A DNA stretch of 64,000 nucleotides from Bacteroidia bacterium. GTDB taxonomy: Bacteria; Bacteroidota; Bacteroidia; Bacteroidales; VadinHA17. The notes beneath the pieces are model-generated. The model made no database searches. It was not told the DNA's origin and worked only from the letters and a program-made list of their open reading frames with translations. Positions 38,527-48,086 of this stretch are shown piece by piece; positions within the stretch are counted from its first letter, which is position 1, and each line of letters begins with the position of its first letter. The position numbers and the translations under genes are program-made. The stretch is from positions 64,001 to 128,000 of the forward strand of contig JAPLDX010000056.1 in the NCBI GenBank assembly GCA_026391215.1. The letters are read 5' to 3'.

Positions 38527-39594
38527 TTATCTTTTCTTTAATGTATATATCTTATAATTACTTATACAGTAAGCAAAATCATTTGTTACAAAATTAATTG
38601 TACCAAATCCAAATCTTTTTAATAAATCAGACTTTGTCCAGTTTCTCCCGCCATCTGCTGTAGTATAAACGTATGTTCCAATAAAAGAAGGGAAATCGCC
38701 ACCTATATATGCGGAAGTATCAACAATCCAAATTCCGTATTTATAATTACAAAAATGGAAATCCTCAAAAGGCTGTGATGGAGTTGAAAAGAACTTGAAT
38801 GGAAATTTAATTTCTTGCCATGTATTTCCACCGTCAGTAGTTTTGAACTTTTTATCTACACAATCCACAAAACCAGTTTTTTCATCAATAAAATAGAATC
38901 CACGAATGAAATTTGCTGGTGTTTTTGGTATATTTATTGTACTCCAAGAAAAACCCTTATAAGTACTTTTATAAATTCTTTGATTCGTTCCTGTTGCATA
39001 ACTTAATCCCCCCAAATAAAACAACCCTTTAAATGATTGGTTTAACTCCAGGTTATTATCAGCCCACCAACTTTCTCCACCATCGGAAGTTCTCATAAGA
39101 TGTGCACCTGAATTATCATAATTTATTGCAGTGGCATATAGAGAATCAAAAAATTTCATCGAATACAATCTATATGCAGTAGTGTAATGTCGTTTTGTCC
39201 AATGCTTACCACCATCAACTGTTTTATACAAAGTGCCATAGTAATCGCCATTAAGGACATTCCCAATTCCATATATAAATCCAGTAGAATCATTTATAAA
39301 TGATAAGGTAGTTGTCGTTACTCCTAATGAATCTTTTTCAATATCTGATTGTTCCCATGACCTTGCATAATCTGTAGTTTTTAGCAGATAACCATTTGAG
39401 CCAATAATATATCCGGTTTTTGAATCAATAAAATCAACATCTTCAGGATATAACCATCTATAATTAAAATCAATTGAGTCTAATTGCCATCCTTTAATTA
39501 TATCATTGGGAAAATCGTATTCATCCTTTATACAATTTGAAAGAGTAGTAGTTATGAAAGTAATAATTAACAAGAAATAGATTCTGTATTTCAT
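38527..39594 (-). CDS. YCF48/BNR-repeat beta-propeller lipoprotein (paralog of 36363..37481)
   Basis: KTxDGG repeats; shares GGDFPxFxG...T.DGG..W.KSDL with the paralog; start MKYRIYF at 39594. Confidence 0.82.
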   Translation of the reverse strand: MKYRIYFLLIITFITTTLSNCIKDEYDFPNDIIKGWQLDSIDFNYRWLYPEDVDFIDSKTGYIIGSNGYLLKTTDYARSWEQSDIEKDSLGVTTTTLSFINDSTGFIYGIGNVLNGDYYGTLYKTVDGGKHWTKRHYTTAYRLYSMKFFDSLYATAINYDNSGAHLMRTSDGGESWWADNNLELNQSFKGLFYLGGLSYATGTNQRIYKSTYKGFSWSTINIPKTPANFIRGFYFIDEKTGFVDCVDKKFKTTDGGNTWQEIKFPFKFFSTPSQPFEDFHFCNYKYGIWIVDTSAYIGGDFPSFIGTYVYTTADGGRNWTKSDLLKRFGFGTINFVTNDFAYCISNYKIYTLKKR

Positions 39595-40013
39595 TATTTG
39601 ATTTTCCTGAATGTAAGGCATGATTTTTTAGTATCAATGTATTTGCAGAACTTGCCAATATTAATTGTCAAATTTGGTTCGTCAAACTTGAAATGGTAAG
39701 TTCCTCCTTCCCTTGAACTCGATAACCCACTTATTACCGAAATACTATCTTCAGTAATTTTGTACCAATAAGCATCACTACCTATCTTTGGTAGCCAATA
39801 GCCATTGGTCATCGCAAAACCTCTGGATAGACAAAAGTAGCCTGATATACTGTCTGAATGAAAACTAATTGTATCAGTTTTAGTACTTGTTTCGACCCAT
39901 GTGCCCGTTAGTCCCTTCGGAAGTGTGCCTGGGTCTGGGAAATCATCTTTCTTTTCACAGTTTGTTAGAAAGCAGACGAAGATAAGGAGAACAATGAATT
40001 TTACGTGTTCCAT
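39594..40013 (-). CDS. Hypothetical lipoprotein (lipocalin-like GTW motif)
   Basis: MEHVKFIVLLIFVCFLTNC signal; LTGTWVE. Confidence 0.7.
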   Translation of the reverse strand: MEHVKFIVLLIFVCFLTNCEKKDDFPDPGTLPKGLTGTWVETSTKTDTISFHSDSISGYFCLSRGFAMTNGYWLPKIGSDAYWYKITEDSISVISGLSSSREGGTYHFKFDEPNLTINIGKFCKYIDTKKSCLTFRKIK

Positions 40014-40044
40014 TTGTTTGCTGCTTAAGGTGTAATAAAACTTA

Positions 40045-40881
40045 TTATTGGTAATATTCATATCTGCAACAATACCATTCTCCATACTTGGTCGGATGAT
40101 ATCCTATGTATTCAATAACATTCCCATCTTTATACGTTGTTTTATCGGAAATAAAATCTCCATACGGACCGTCATAGTATGATTCAACAATTACTTTATC
40201 ATCTGATTCAGAATAAGTAAACGTTATTTCAACTAAAATTGACCAATTTCGGTCATATTCAATAGTCGTTATAATGTTTGAACCTTCATAAGTATAAATT
40301 GTATAAATACCTTCAGGATTTTCAATCTTTTTTATTTTGTTTTTATTTGAATCATATTCATAAATAATGCTCCACTCTGTACTATTTTCGAAACTATAAT
40401 CATATTCAGACATTAAAAGATTATTCGCAAAAGAATATATAATACTATCTGTCAATTCATTTTTGATATATCTTTTTTCGACTATTTTATTCCCCACATA
40501 ACTATATTTATATATATAGATTAAACTAAAATCAGATTCAGTCTGGTCAGAATAATTTTGCCCTTCCATTGCATAAAATTTCTTATTTAATAAAACTCCT
40601 TTATCAGAGTATTCATATGTATATGAAGCATAAACAGGATTAGGATAGTTCGAAAGTAATTTCCTCTTTAAATTCCAGTCTTCATCATATGAATAAGAAA
40701 TAAAACTATATGGTATAGTATCAGAAGAAGATGAATAATTGTACTGGGTCTTTATTTTACCAATACTGTGTACATTATATTCGTCCTCCGGAATAATGTT
40801 GTTGTTCTCAGGAAGAAGGTTGTCTTTCTCACAGGAATAAAAAATAAGAGAAAAGATAAATATCAATGCTATCTTTCTCAC
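40045..40881 (-). CDS. Hypothetical lipoprotein with YD-like repeats
   Basis: Lipobox FYSC; Tyr-rich YxYxY repeats (YEYDSNKN, YSYDEDWN). Confidence 0.72.
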   Translation of the reverse strand: MRKIALIFIFSLIFYSCEKDNLLPENNNIIPEDEYNVHSIGKIKTQYNYSSSSDTIPYSFISYSYDEDWNLKRKLLSNYPNPVYASYTYEYSDKGVLLNKKFYAMEGQNYSDQTESDFSLIYIYKYSYVGNKIVEKRYIKNELTDSIIYSFANNLLMSEYDYSFENSTEWSIIYEYDSNKNKIKKIENPEGIYTIYTYEGSNIITTIEYDRNWSILVEITFTYSESDDKVIVESYYDGPYGDFISDKTTYKDGNVIEYIGYHPTKYGEWYCCRYEYYQ

Positions 40882-41544
40882 GATATTAGCTTTAGGTCAT
40901 AAATATCACTGCAAAAATTAAGCCAGTTTTTACTTCTAAAATTCGAACATTATAGCCTGAAAGTCAATAAATACCGCTTTCTCTTTTCTTAATTTGATAT
41001 TTGAAGACATCCAAATAAGAAATGAACCATTATTTGTATTTTCTTATTAATAGTTTTACCTTAACGCGTCTGAAAATACAAAACCAATGCTGTTTATAAC
41101 ATGATGATTTTTAATAAATTTAATTTTATAACAATTAGAGTTTGTCATTATACTTGAAAGTACATATGAATATACCCGCTTACTGCTTGGTTTTATTTCC
41201 AATTGGCGCATATACTGACTAATATAATAATCAATGTTGAAAGTGCTGCTAATTAGTCTGCTGAAAACACCGCATCACGTGGTATATTATAACTTTCACC
41301 CTTACCCGTATTAGTTACATAGTAGCGTAAATAAGTTTTCTTATCTTTGCCAGGAGCAACGAATTTTAAAGTAAATTTCTTAATTTTCATAACGATAATA
41401 TTACGATGTTTTTATATACAGATTCAGAAAACAGTAAAAAATCATATAACATTAATTATTAACAACATAACAAACATGCAAGATTAATTTCAAGTAGCAA
41501 AAGAACTTCGCAAATTTACCTATAATAACAAAATTAGAAACCCA

Positions 41545-42009
41545 ATGGCACAATTAAAGGAAGGCATGACTGCACCTCCTTTTGAGGGTATGGATCAGAA
41601 TGGAATAGTGGTGAAATCAAGTGATTTTAGAGGAAAGAAGATTGTGCTTTACTTCTATCCCAAGGACAGTACGCCAGGCTGTACGGCCGAAGCTTGCAAT
41701 CTCCGCGACAATTACAATTCTCTACTGAAGAAGGGATTTGCAGTGATCGGAATAAGTATGGATAGTGAAAAGTCACATAAGAATTTTGCTGCGAAATATT
41801 CCCTTCCCTTTCCACTGATTGCAGATACAACAAAAAAGATCCTCAATGATTATGGTGTCTGGAAGGAGAAAAGCATGTACGGAAAAACTTTTTTAGGTAT
41901 AGCCAGGACAACTTTCATAATCGATGAGAAAGGTATCATTGAGAAAGTAATCTCAAAAGTAGAGACTAAAACCCATTCAGAACAGATATTCGGATTATAT
42001 CAAAAATAA
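41545..42009 (+). CDS. bcp: Thioredoxin-dependent peroxiredoxin Bcp
   Basis: [16 protein letters not shown]; RTTFIID. Confidence 0.95.
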   Translation: MAQLKEGMTAPPFEGMDQNGIVVKSSDFRGKKIVLYFYPKDSTPGCTAEACNLRDNYNSLLKKGFAVIGISMDSEKSHKNFAAKYSLPFPLIADTTKKILNDYGVWKEKSMYGKTFLGIARTTFIIDEKGIIEKVISKVETKTHSEQIFGLYQK

Positions 42010-42019
42010 AACCTACTAT

Positions 42020-43027
42020 ATGAGCAAAGAAAGAAAAGAGATCAATAAAGAGAAGCTTAAAGCGCTCGAAGTCACCCTGGGTAAAATTGAAAAGGATTTT
42101 GGGAAGGGTACAATAATGAAGCTTGGCGATCATGCCATTGAGAATATACAGGTTATCTCCACCGGTTCTATCGGGCTTGATGCAGCCCTTGGCATCGGAG
42201 GTTTTCCGCGCGGACGTGTTATTGAGATCTACGGACCTGAGGCTTCAGGAAAGACGACACTCGCTATTCATGCAATAGCCGAAGCTCAGAAGAACGGCGG
42301 TATTGCGGCAATAATCGATGCTGAACATACTTTCGACCGTAATTATGCTGAAAAGCTTGGCGTTGACGTGGAGAACCTTCTCATCTCCCAGCCCGATAAC
42401 GGGGAACAAGCCCTTGAGATAACTGATAACCTCATCAGATCAGGAGCTCTCGATATTGTGGTTATCGATTCTGTGGCAGCCCTCACACCCAAGGCTGAAA
42501 TTGAAGGTGAAATGGGTGATTCAAAAATGGGGCTGCAGGCAAGGCTGATGTCTCAGGCTCTCAGGAAGCTCACTGCAAACATCAGCAAAACAAATACTTC
42601 CTGCGTATTCATAAATCAGCTCAGGGAAAAGATTGGAATAGTGTTTGGAAACCCTGAAACCACTACCGGAGGAAATGCGCTTAAATTTTATGCATCTGTG
42701 AGGGTGGATATTCGGCGTACAAGCCAGTTAAAAGAGGGCGAAGAGATCATTGGTAACCGCACGAGAGTCAAAATTGTGAAGAACAAGCTTGCCCCTCCTT
42801 TCAGAAAAGCTGATTTTGACATCCTCTATGGAGAAGGGATTTCACAGCTCGGTGAAATTGTTGACCTCGGCACTGACTTAAATATTATTAAAAAGAGCGG
42901 CTCCTGGTTCAGCTATGGTGAAACAAGGATTGGACAGGGACGCGACGCAGTCAAACAGATACTGAAAGATAATCCTGAATTATATGATGAGCTTAAGGCC
43001 AAAGTACAGGAAGCTCTTAAGAAATAA
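42020..43027 (+). CDS. recA: Recombinase RecA
   Basis: [36 protein letters not shown]. Confidence 0.99.
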   Translation: MSKERKEINKEKLKALEVTLGKIEKDFGKGTIMKLGDHAIENIQVISTGSIGLDAALGIGGFPRGRVIEIYGPEASGKTTLAIHAIAEAQKNGGIAAIIDAEHTFDRNYAEKLGVDVENLLISQPDNGEQALEITDNLIRSGALDIVVIDSVAALTPKAEIEGEMGDSKMGLQARLMSQALRKLTANISKTNTSCVFINQLREKIGIVFGNPETTTGGNALKFYASVRVDIRRTSQLKEGEEIIGNRTRVKIVKNKLAPPFRKADFDILYGEGISQLGEIVDLGTDLNIIKKSGSWFSYGETRIGQGRDAVKQILKDNPELYDELKAKVQEALKK

Positions 43028-43052
43028 TAATTTAATCTAAATAGTGTCACCT

Positions 43053-45116
43053 ATGAAAAGATATCAGGTTACGATAAGTCTTCTGTTAATGCTATTTTCG
43101 GTATCATGCAAACAGAAGGAAACTGTCACGGTGGAATCCGCACCACAATTTAATAATCAACTAACTGCTGAAGAAAAAGCCGGTGGTGTGATAACACCTG
43201 AAATAATGTGGAAATTCGGCAGACTTGGCAACATAGCCCTCTCTCCTGACGGATCAACTGTCCTTTATACAGTTACTGAAAGAGATTTAATGACAGAAGC
43301 CAGCAGAACAAACATATTCAGCATCCCCATTACGGGAGGAGACCCGGTACAGCTTACAACCGATGGAGGAAGCTCCCCCCGGTGGTTCGGTGACGGTAAG
43401 TCATTTGCCTACGTGAACAACGACGGGAAACTGGTGATAACAGACCCAAAAGGTTCTGTTAAACAGACTGTTGAAGGCCTTGACAATTTCGAGATATTCA
43501 GCATATCACCGGCCGGAGACAATATTTACTTCACGAAAAGGGTAAAGCTCGATCTGACCGCTAACGAGAAATACAATTTGCCAAAGGCCAAAGTAAGAAT
43601 AATAGACAATCTGATGTACCGTCACTGGAATTCATGGAGCGATTATTCATACAGCCATATTTTTGTCGCGTCCTTCAACGGGAAAAGCGTTTCAGGTGAA
43701 AAAGACATAATGGACGGTCAGAAATTCGAGTCACCTCTTTCTCCATATTTTGATGAGGGTGAAATCTCATGGAGTCCCGACGGTAAATACATTGCCTATA
43801 CAACAAAGAGACTTCGTGGTAAAGAGGATGCCCGGAGTACTAATTCAGACATCATACTTTATGAAGTCTCTTCAGGAAAAGAAATAAATATCTCTGAAGG
43901 GAACAGAGGTTATGACAGGTCTCCTGTCTTTTCACCCGATGGAGCAAAAATTGCTTATCAAAGCATGGAAAGAGACGGGTATGAGGCTGATCTTGACAGG
44001 CTTATGGTCTATGATATTAATACTAAAAACCGTACCTGGGTAACGAAAGGCTGGGAATTTGATGTACAAAATATCAACTGGGCAGATGAACAGAATATTT
44101 ATTTTATCTGTGAATATCTGGGAACTTCACAGGTTTTTAAAACAAACCTCAGCATTAAAGGTGTTGACCGTGTTACAGAAGGCAATCATGGACTCGGTTC
44201 TTTGCAAATGGAATCAGGGAAAATTGCAGCATCAATGATGTCATTTTCGCTGGCGATGGAAGTTGCTGCTATTGATATGAATACCGGTGAAGTAAAACAG
44301 ATCAGTGGAATAAACAAAGCCATCTATGAATCCATAAAGATGGGGAAAGCGGAAGAGAAATATGTCAAGACCTCGGATGGCAAGGATCTCCAGATGTGGA
44401 TTATCTTTCCTCCTGATTTCGATCCTGCAAAAAAATACCCGGCTCTTCTTTTCTGCAATGGAGGACCCCAGAGCTCACTAAGTCCTTTTTGGTCATATCG
44501 CTGGAATATGCAGATGATGGCTGCAAAAGGATATATTGTATATGCTCCAAACCGAAGAGGCGTTGTCGGATTCGGTCAGGCCTGGAAAGAACAGATCTCA
44601 CAAGATTATGGCGGAAAAAATATGCAGGATTATCTTGATGCCACAGATGCTATGGCAAAGGAACCATATGTTGATTCTCAGCGTATGGGAGCTGTTGGAG
44701 CAAGCTATGGCGGATATTCTGTTTTCTATCTGGCCGGGATCCACGGAGGAAGATTCAAGGTATTCATCTCACATTGCGGCGTTTTCAATTTTATCAGTGA
44801 ATATGGTTCCACTGAAGAACTGTGGTTCAATGACTTTGATTACGGCGGCCCTTACTGGGAATTGCCGGAGAGCTATAAGTATTCACCACATCTGCTGGTT
44901 GATAACTGGGATACACCTATCCTGATCATCACCGGTGCAAACGATTTCAGGATCCCTTATACTCAGAGCATGGAGGCATTCACTGCAGCACAGCTTCACA
45001 ATATCCCCAGCAGGTTTCTCTTTTTTGAAGACGAGTCGCATTGGGTTCTTAAACCACAGAATTCAATTATATGGCAGAATGAATTCTTCAGCTGGCTGGA
45101 GACGTATTTAAAGTAG
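43053..45116 (+). CDS. S9 family peptidase (DPP5-like), lipoprotein
   Basis: Beta-propeller with SPDG repeats; GGPQ; GASYGG; DFRI; ESHW catalytic His. Confidence 0.9.
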   Translation: MKRYQVTISLLLMLFSVSCKQKETVTVESAPQFNNQLTAEEKAGGVITPEIMWKFGRLGNIALSPDGSTVLYTVTERDLMTEASRTNIFSIPITGGDPVQLTTDGGSSPRWFGDGKSFAYVNNDGKLVITDPKGSVKQTVEGLDNFEIFSISPAGDNIYFTKRVKLDLTANEKYNLPKAKVRIIDNLMYRHWNSWSDYSYSHIFVASFNGKSVSGEKDIMDGQKFESPLSPYFDEGEISWSPDGKYIAYTTKRLRGKEDARSTNSDIILYEVSSGKEINISEGNRGYDRSPVFSPDGAKIAYQSMERDGYEADLDRLMVYDINTKNRTWVTKGWEFDVQNINWADEQNIYFICEYLGTSQVFKTNLSIKGVDRVTEGNHGLGSLQMESGKIAASMMSFSLAMEVAAIDMNTGEVKQISGINKAIYESIKMGKAEEKYVKTSDGKDLQMWIIFPPDFDPAKKYPALLFCNGGPQSSLSPFWSYRWNMQMMAAKGYIVYAPNRRGVVGFGQAWKEQISQDYGGKNMQDYLDATDAMAKEPYVDSQRMGAVGASYGGYSVFYLAGIHGGRFKVFISHCGVFNFISEYGSTEELWFNDFDYGGPYWELPESYKYSPHLLVDNWDTPILIITGANDFRIPYTQSMEAFTAAQLHNIPSRFLFFEDESHWVLKPQNSIIWQNEFFSWLETYLK

Positions 45117-45135
45117 AATCAAGCAACATATGCAA

Positions 45136-45184
45136 TGCTGGGCGTAGTTTGCTCTGCTGGGCGTAGTTTGAAACTACGCCCAGC
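45136..45184. repeat. REP-like perfect palindrome with a tandem duplicated arm; possible bidirectional terminator
   Basis: tgctgggcgtagtttg occurs twice (45136, 45155); gctgggcgtagttt-g-aaactacgcccagc; lies between convergent genes. Confidence 0.8.
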
Positions 45185-45208
45185 CAGATCCCATCCAGAT
45201 TTGTACAA

Positions 45209-46141
45209 TTAACCTTTTAGCAATTCAATAACTTTCGCTGATTTCTCCTCAATTGGCAGTTCACCGTCAATCCAGTGGATTGAGGTGCCTTTGCGCTCCA
45301 TTCCCCTGAACCAGGTCATCTGCCTTTTTGCATACTGATGTATTGCGGTCTCAAGGTTTTTGACCATCTCCTTATAACCGAGCTTCCCTGTAAGGTATAG
45401 TGTAATGTACTTATATTCAAGGCCATAATAAATAAGTATCTCTTTTTTTACTCCGCTGTCAAGCAATTTTTTTACTTCATCGGCCATCCCGTCATCAAGC
45501 CTCTTTTTCAGTCTTTCTGTAATTCTTCTTCGTCTTGTTTCCCTGTCGAACATAATGCCGGCAATGAGAGGTTTAAGGTCAGGAAATTGGTTTTGTTTCT
45601 CAGATTTTGTCCTGTTGAACTGCTCAATCTCAATAGCTCTTATTACCCTCTTTTTTGTATCAATATCAGTTGTGTTATGAAGATTCTTATAGGTCGAAAG
45701 TATCCCTATGAGTTCTTCTAAAGTTTTCTTCTCCAGCCTGGTCCTCAGACCACTGTCAGGCGGTACTTCATACATCCTATATCCCGTTACTATGCTATCA
45801 ATATACATGCCCGATCCTCCGCATACGACTGGAAAAACATCACGCTTTTTCATATCGTCATAGACTATTTTAAAATCACGCTGAAACTCAAAGACGTTGT
45901 ATTTATAACCGGGATCTGCAATATCAATAAGATGAAAAGGCACTGCCTTATCTTTGACTGTATACTCTGAATAATCCTTTCCTGTTCCCAGGTTCATTCC
46001 CCTGTATACCTGGCGCGAATCAGCACTTATTATCTCTCCGCCAAGCCGTGCCGCTACGGCAGCTGCAAGGGAAGTCTTGCCCGATGCAGTGGTCCCTGTA
46101 ATTACCAGCAGATCATATCCATTCTTTGGTCTGGATGTCAT
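45209..46141 (-). CDS. miaA: tRNA dimethylallyltransferase MiaA
   Basis: GTTASGKT, ISADSRQVY, GTGKD, CGGSGMY, AKRQMTWFR; start moved to MTSRP to avoid overlap with smpB. Confidence 0.93.
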   Translation of the reverse strand: MTSRPKNGYDLLVITGTTASGKTSLAAAVAARLGGEIISADSRQVYRGMNLGTGKDYSEYTVKDKAVPFHLIDIADPGYKYNVFEFQRDFKIVYDDMKKRDVFPVVCGGSGMYIDSIVTGYRMYEVPPDSGLRTRLEKKTLEELIGILSTYKNLHNTTDIDTKKRVIRAIEIEQFNRTKSEKQNQFPDLKPLIAGIMFDRETRRRRITERLKKRLDDGMADEVKKLLDSGVKKEILIYYGLEYKYITLYLTGKLGYKEMVKNLETAIHQYAKRQMTWFRGMERKGTSIHWIDGELPIEEKSAKVIELLKG

Positions 46142-46213
46142 AGTGGCTACTATTTTACCTAAACAGCAAGTTACCATAAAATTATTAATTTTGACGGTCA
46201 CGTTTCTGTTTTT

Positions 46214-46657
46214 ATGGATATTGTAATTAAGAATAAGAAGGCATCGCATGATTACGAGTTCCTTGAGAAATTCGTTGCAGGAATAAAACTCACAGGGACA
46301 GAAATCAAATCTATCCGGCTTGGTAAAGCTGCTCTTGCAGATTCATATTGTTTCTTCAGCGGGGGGGAGCTTTTTATCAGGGGCATGCATATTGCTGAAT
46401 ACTGGTGGGGGAACCTTAATAATCATGATCCGCTGAGGGAACGGAAGCTCCTTCTTAATAAACGTGAGCTGAAACGAATTGAAAGAAAGGTCAAGGAAAC
46501 GGGTCTGACAATTATCGTCACTAAAGTCTTCATCAATGAAAGGGGTCTTGCAAAGGCGGAGATTGCCATTTCGAAGGGCAAGAAGGAATATGATAAGCGC
46601 CAGACAATCAAGAAGAAAGATTCAGACAGGGAGCTTGACAGGATCCGGAAGAAATGA
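46214..46657 (+). CDS. smpB: SsrA-binding protein SmpB
   Basis: NKKASHDY, GIKLTGTEIKSIR, RKLLL, GKKEYDKR. Confidence 0.97.
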   Translation: MDIVIKNKKASHDYEFLEKFVAGIKLTGTEIKSIRLGKAALADSYCFFSGGELFIRGMHIAEYWWGNLNNHDPLRERKLLLNKRELKRIERKVKETGLTIIVTKVFINERGLAKAEIAISKGKKEYDKRQTIKKKDSDRELDRIRKK

Positions 46658-46670
46658 TTTTTTAGGGATC

Positions 46671-46732
46671 ATAAACCACCCCGTCCCGACGCTTTGGTCG
46701 GGACACCCCTCCTTTAAAAAGGAGGGGAAAGT
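46671..46732 (+). repeat. 62-bp double-hairpin repeat, copy 1
   Basis: ataaaccaccccgtcccgacgctttggtcgggacacccctcctttaaaaaggaggggaaagt, identical to 47196-47257. Confidence 0.95.
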
Positions 46733-46750
46733 ATAATTGTTTTAAACTCG

Positions 46751-46807
46751 TTTCTCCTCCTTTTCAAAGGAGGAGTACCCCGCCTGTGGCGGGGGGAGGT
46801 GGTTTAT
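46751..46807 (-). repeat. Inverted, diverged copy of the double-hairpin repeat
   Basis: Reverse complement ataaaccacctccccccgccacaggcggggtactcctcctttgaaaaggaggagaaa has the same ends and two-hairpin layout, and contains the DUF559 stop codon. Confidence 0.88.
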
Positions 46808-47166
46808 AGAGTAAGATTATCCATTATTATATTAATGACAAATTCAGGTTCCTGAAAAACAAATCGATTCTCAAATCTTATAACTTTAAAACCTTTTTCT
46901 TCAAGTATCCTATCTCTTTTTTCATCTCTCTGAATTTCTATATAATCACCATGAAGATTCCCATCAAGTTCAATAATCAGCCTATCAGAAGAACAATAAA
47001 AATCAACGATAAAATTCTCCAGGCTATGTTGTCTTCTGAATTTCTTGCCTTTTAATTGTTTGTTTTTAAGCATATTCCATAGTACTGCTTCTGCAGAGGT
47101 AGATCGATTTCTCAACTTCTTCCTAATAGGCTTGAGTTCGGTTTTATTTGAAGAATATCTGGACAT
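46804..47166 (-). CDS. DUF559 / Vsr-like endonuclease domain protein
   Basis: RKKLRNRSTSAEAVLW, KFRRQH, FIVDFYC, LIIELDG, RDEKRD, GFKVIRF; start at ATG 47166 or TTG 47181. Confidence 0.92.
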   Translation of the reverse strand: MSRYSSNKTELKPIRKKLRNRSTSAEAVLWNMLKNKQLKGKKFRRQHSLENFIVDFYCSSDRLIIELDGNLHGDYIEIQRDEKRDRILEEKGFKVIRFENRFVFQEPEFVINIIMDNLTL

Positions 47167-47195
47167 ATTATAGAAATACAAGTGAAACTTACAAT

Positions 47196-47257
47196 ATAAA
47201 CCACCCCGTCCCGACGCTTTGGTCGGGACACCCCTCCTTTAAAAAGGAGGGGAAAGT
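47196..47257 (+). repeat. 62-bp double-hairpin repeat, copy 2
   Basis: Identical to 46671-46732. Confidence 0.95.
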
Positions 47258-47321
47258 TTAATAATTATAATTCTATTTAAAAGCGAAACAAATTCTATAG
47301 GTAATAGTCCCTCTTCCTATA

Positions 47322-48047
47322 TTAGAAGTTCGGGCTGAGGAGATATCTTGAGTAGAATTTAACAATTGTATCAACAGCCTCCTTTGAAGTATCAACGATA
47401 GTGAAGATGTTGAGGTCATCCGCTGATATGTTATGTTCTTCGGCCAGCATTTCCTCTTTAATCCAATCCATCAATCCCTTCCAGTATTTTTTACCAACAA
47501 GAATAATCGGGAATTTACCGATTTTCCTGGTCTGTATAAGGGTGATTGCCTCAAAGAGCTCATCAAATGTTCCGAATCCTCCCGGGAGCACGATAAATCC
47601 CTGAGCATATTTCATGAACATTACCTTCCTTACAAAGAAATGGTCAAAAGTAATGAGCTTGTCAGCATCAATATATGAGTTAGGCCGCTGCTCAAAAGGC
47701 AGGTCAATATTAATACCTACTGACTTCCCGTTGCCTCGTTTGGCGCCTTTATTTGCAGCCTCCATAATACCGGGTCCGCCTCCGGTAATAATCCCATAAC
47801 CATTCTGGACAAGCCTGAAAGCAATATCCTCGGCAAGGCGGTAATATTTATCATTATGATGTGTTCTTGCAGATCCAAAAATTGATACGCATGGCCCTAT
47901 ACGTGAAAGTTTTTCAAAACCTTCAACCAGCTCGGAAATTATTTTAAAAACTCTCCAGGAATCTGTGGTATGGATCTCATGCCATGTTTTTTCTTCGAAG
48001 GCGTCTTTTGTCAATTCTATCTGTGAAGGTTTATCCTTTTTGCCCAT
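47322..48047 (-). CDS. LOG family protein (TIGR00730-like nucleotide phosphoribohydrolase)
   Basis: SIFGSAR, TGGGPGIMEA, FFVRKVMF, PGGFGTFDELFE. Confidence 0.92.
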   Translation of the reverse strand: MGKKDKPSQIELTKDAFEEKTWHEIHTTDSWRVFKIISELVEGFEKLSRIGPCVSIFGSARTHHNDKYYRLAEDIAFRLVQNGYGIITGGGPGIMEAANKGAKRGNGKSVGINIDLPFEQRPNSYIDADKLITFDHFFVRKVMFMKYAQGFIVLPGGFGTFDELFEAITLIQTRKIGKFPIILVGKKYWKGLMDWIKEEMLAEEHNISADDLNIFTIVDTSKEAVDTIVKFYSRYLLSPNF

Positions 48048-48086
48048 GGTAAAAAAGTTTTTTGTATTTCAAATATAATTAATTTC

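Noticed and set aside
34730-41540. Intact integron or prophage
   Set aside because: No tyrosine recombinase, no complete attC hairpins and no phage genes; kept only as a low-confidence decayed-array hypothesis.
40882-41544. 660-bp non-coding AT-rich gap as an ncRNA or pseudogene
   Set aside because: No stable structure, repeat or recognisable coding remnant could be supported by eye.
46658-46810. tmRNA (ssrA) downstream of smpB
   Set aside because: No tRNA-like ends or tag reading frame; the hairpins are explained by the repeat family.
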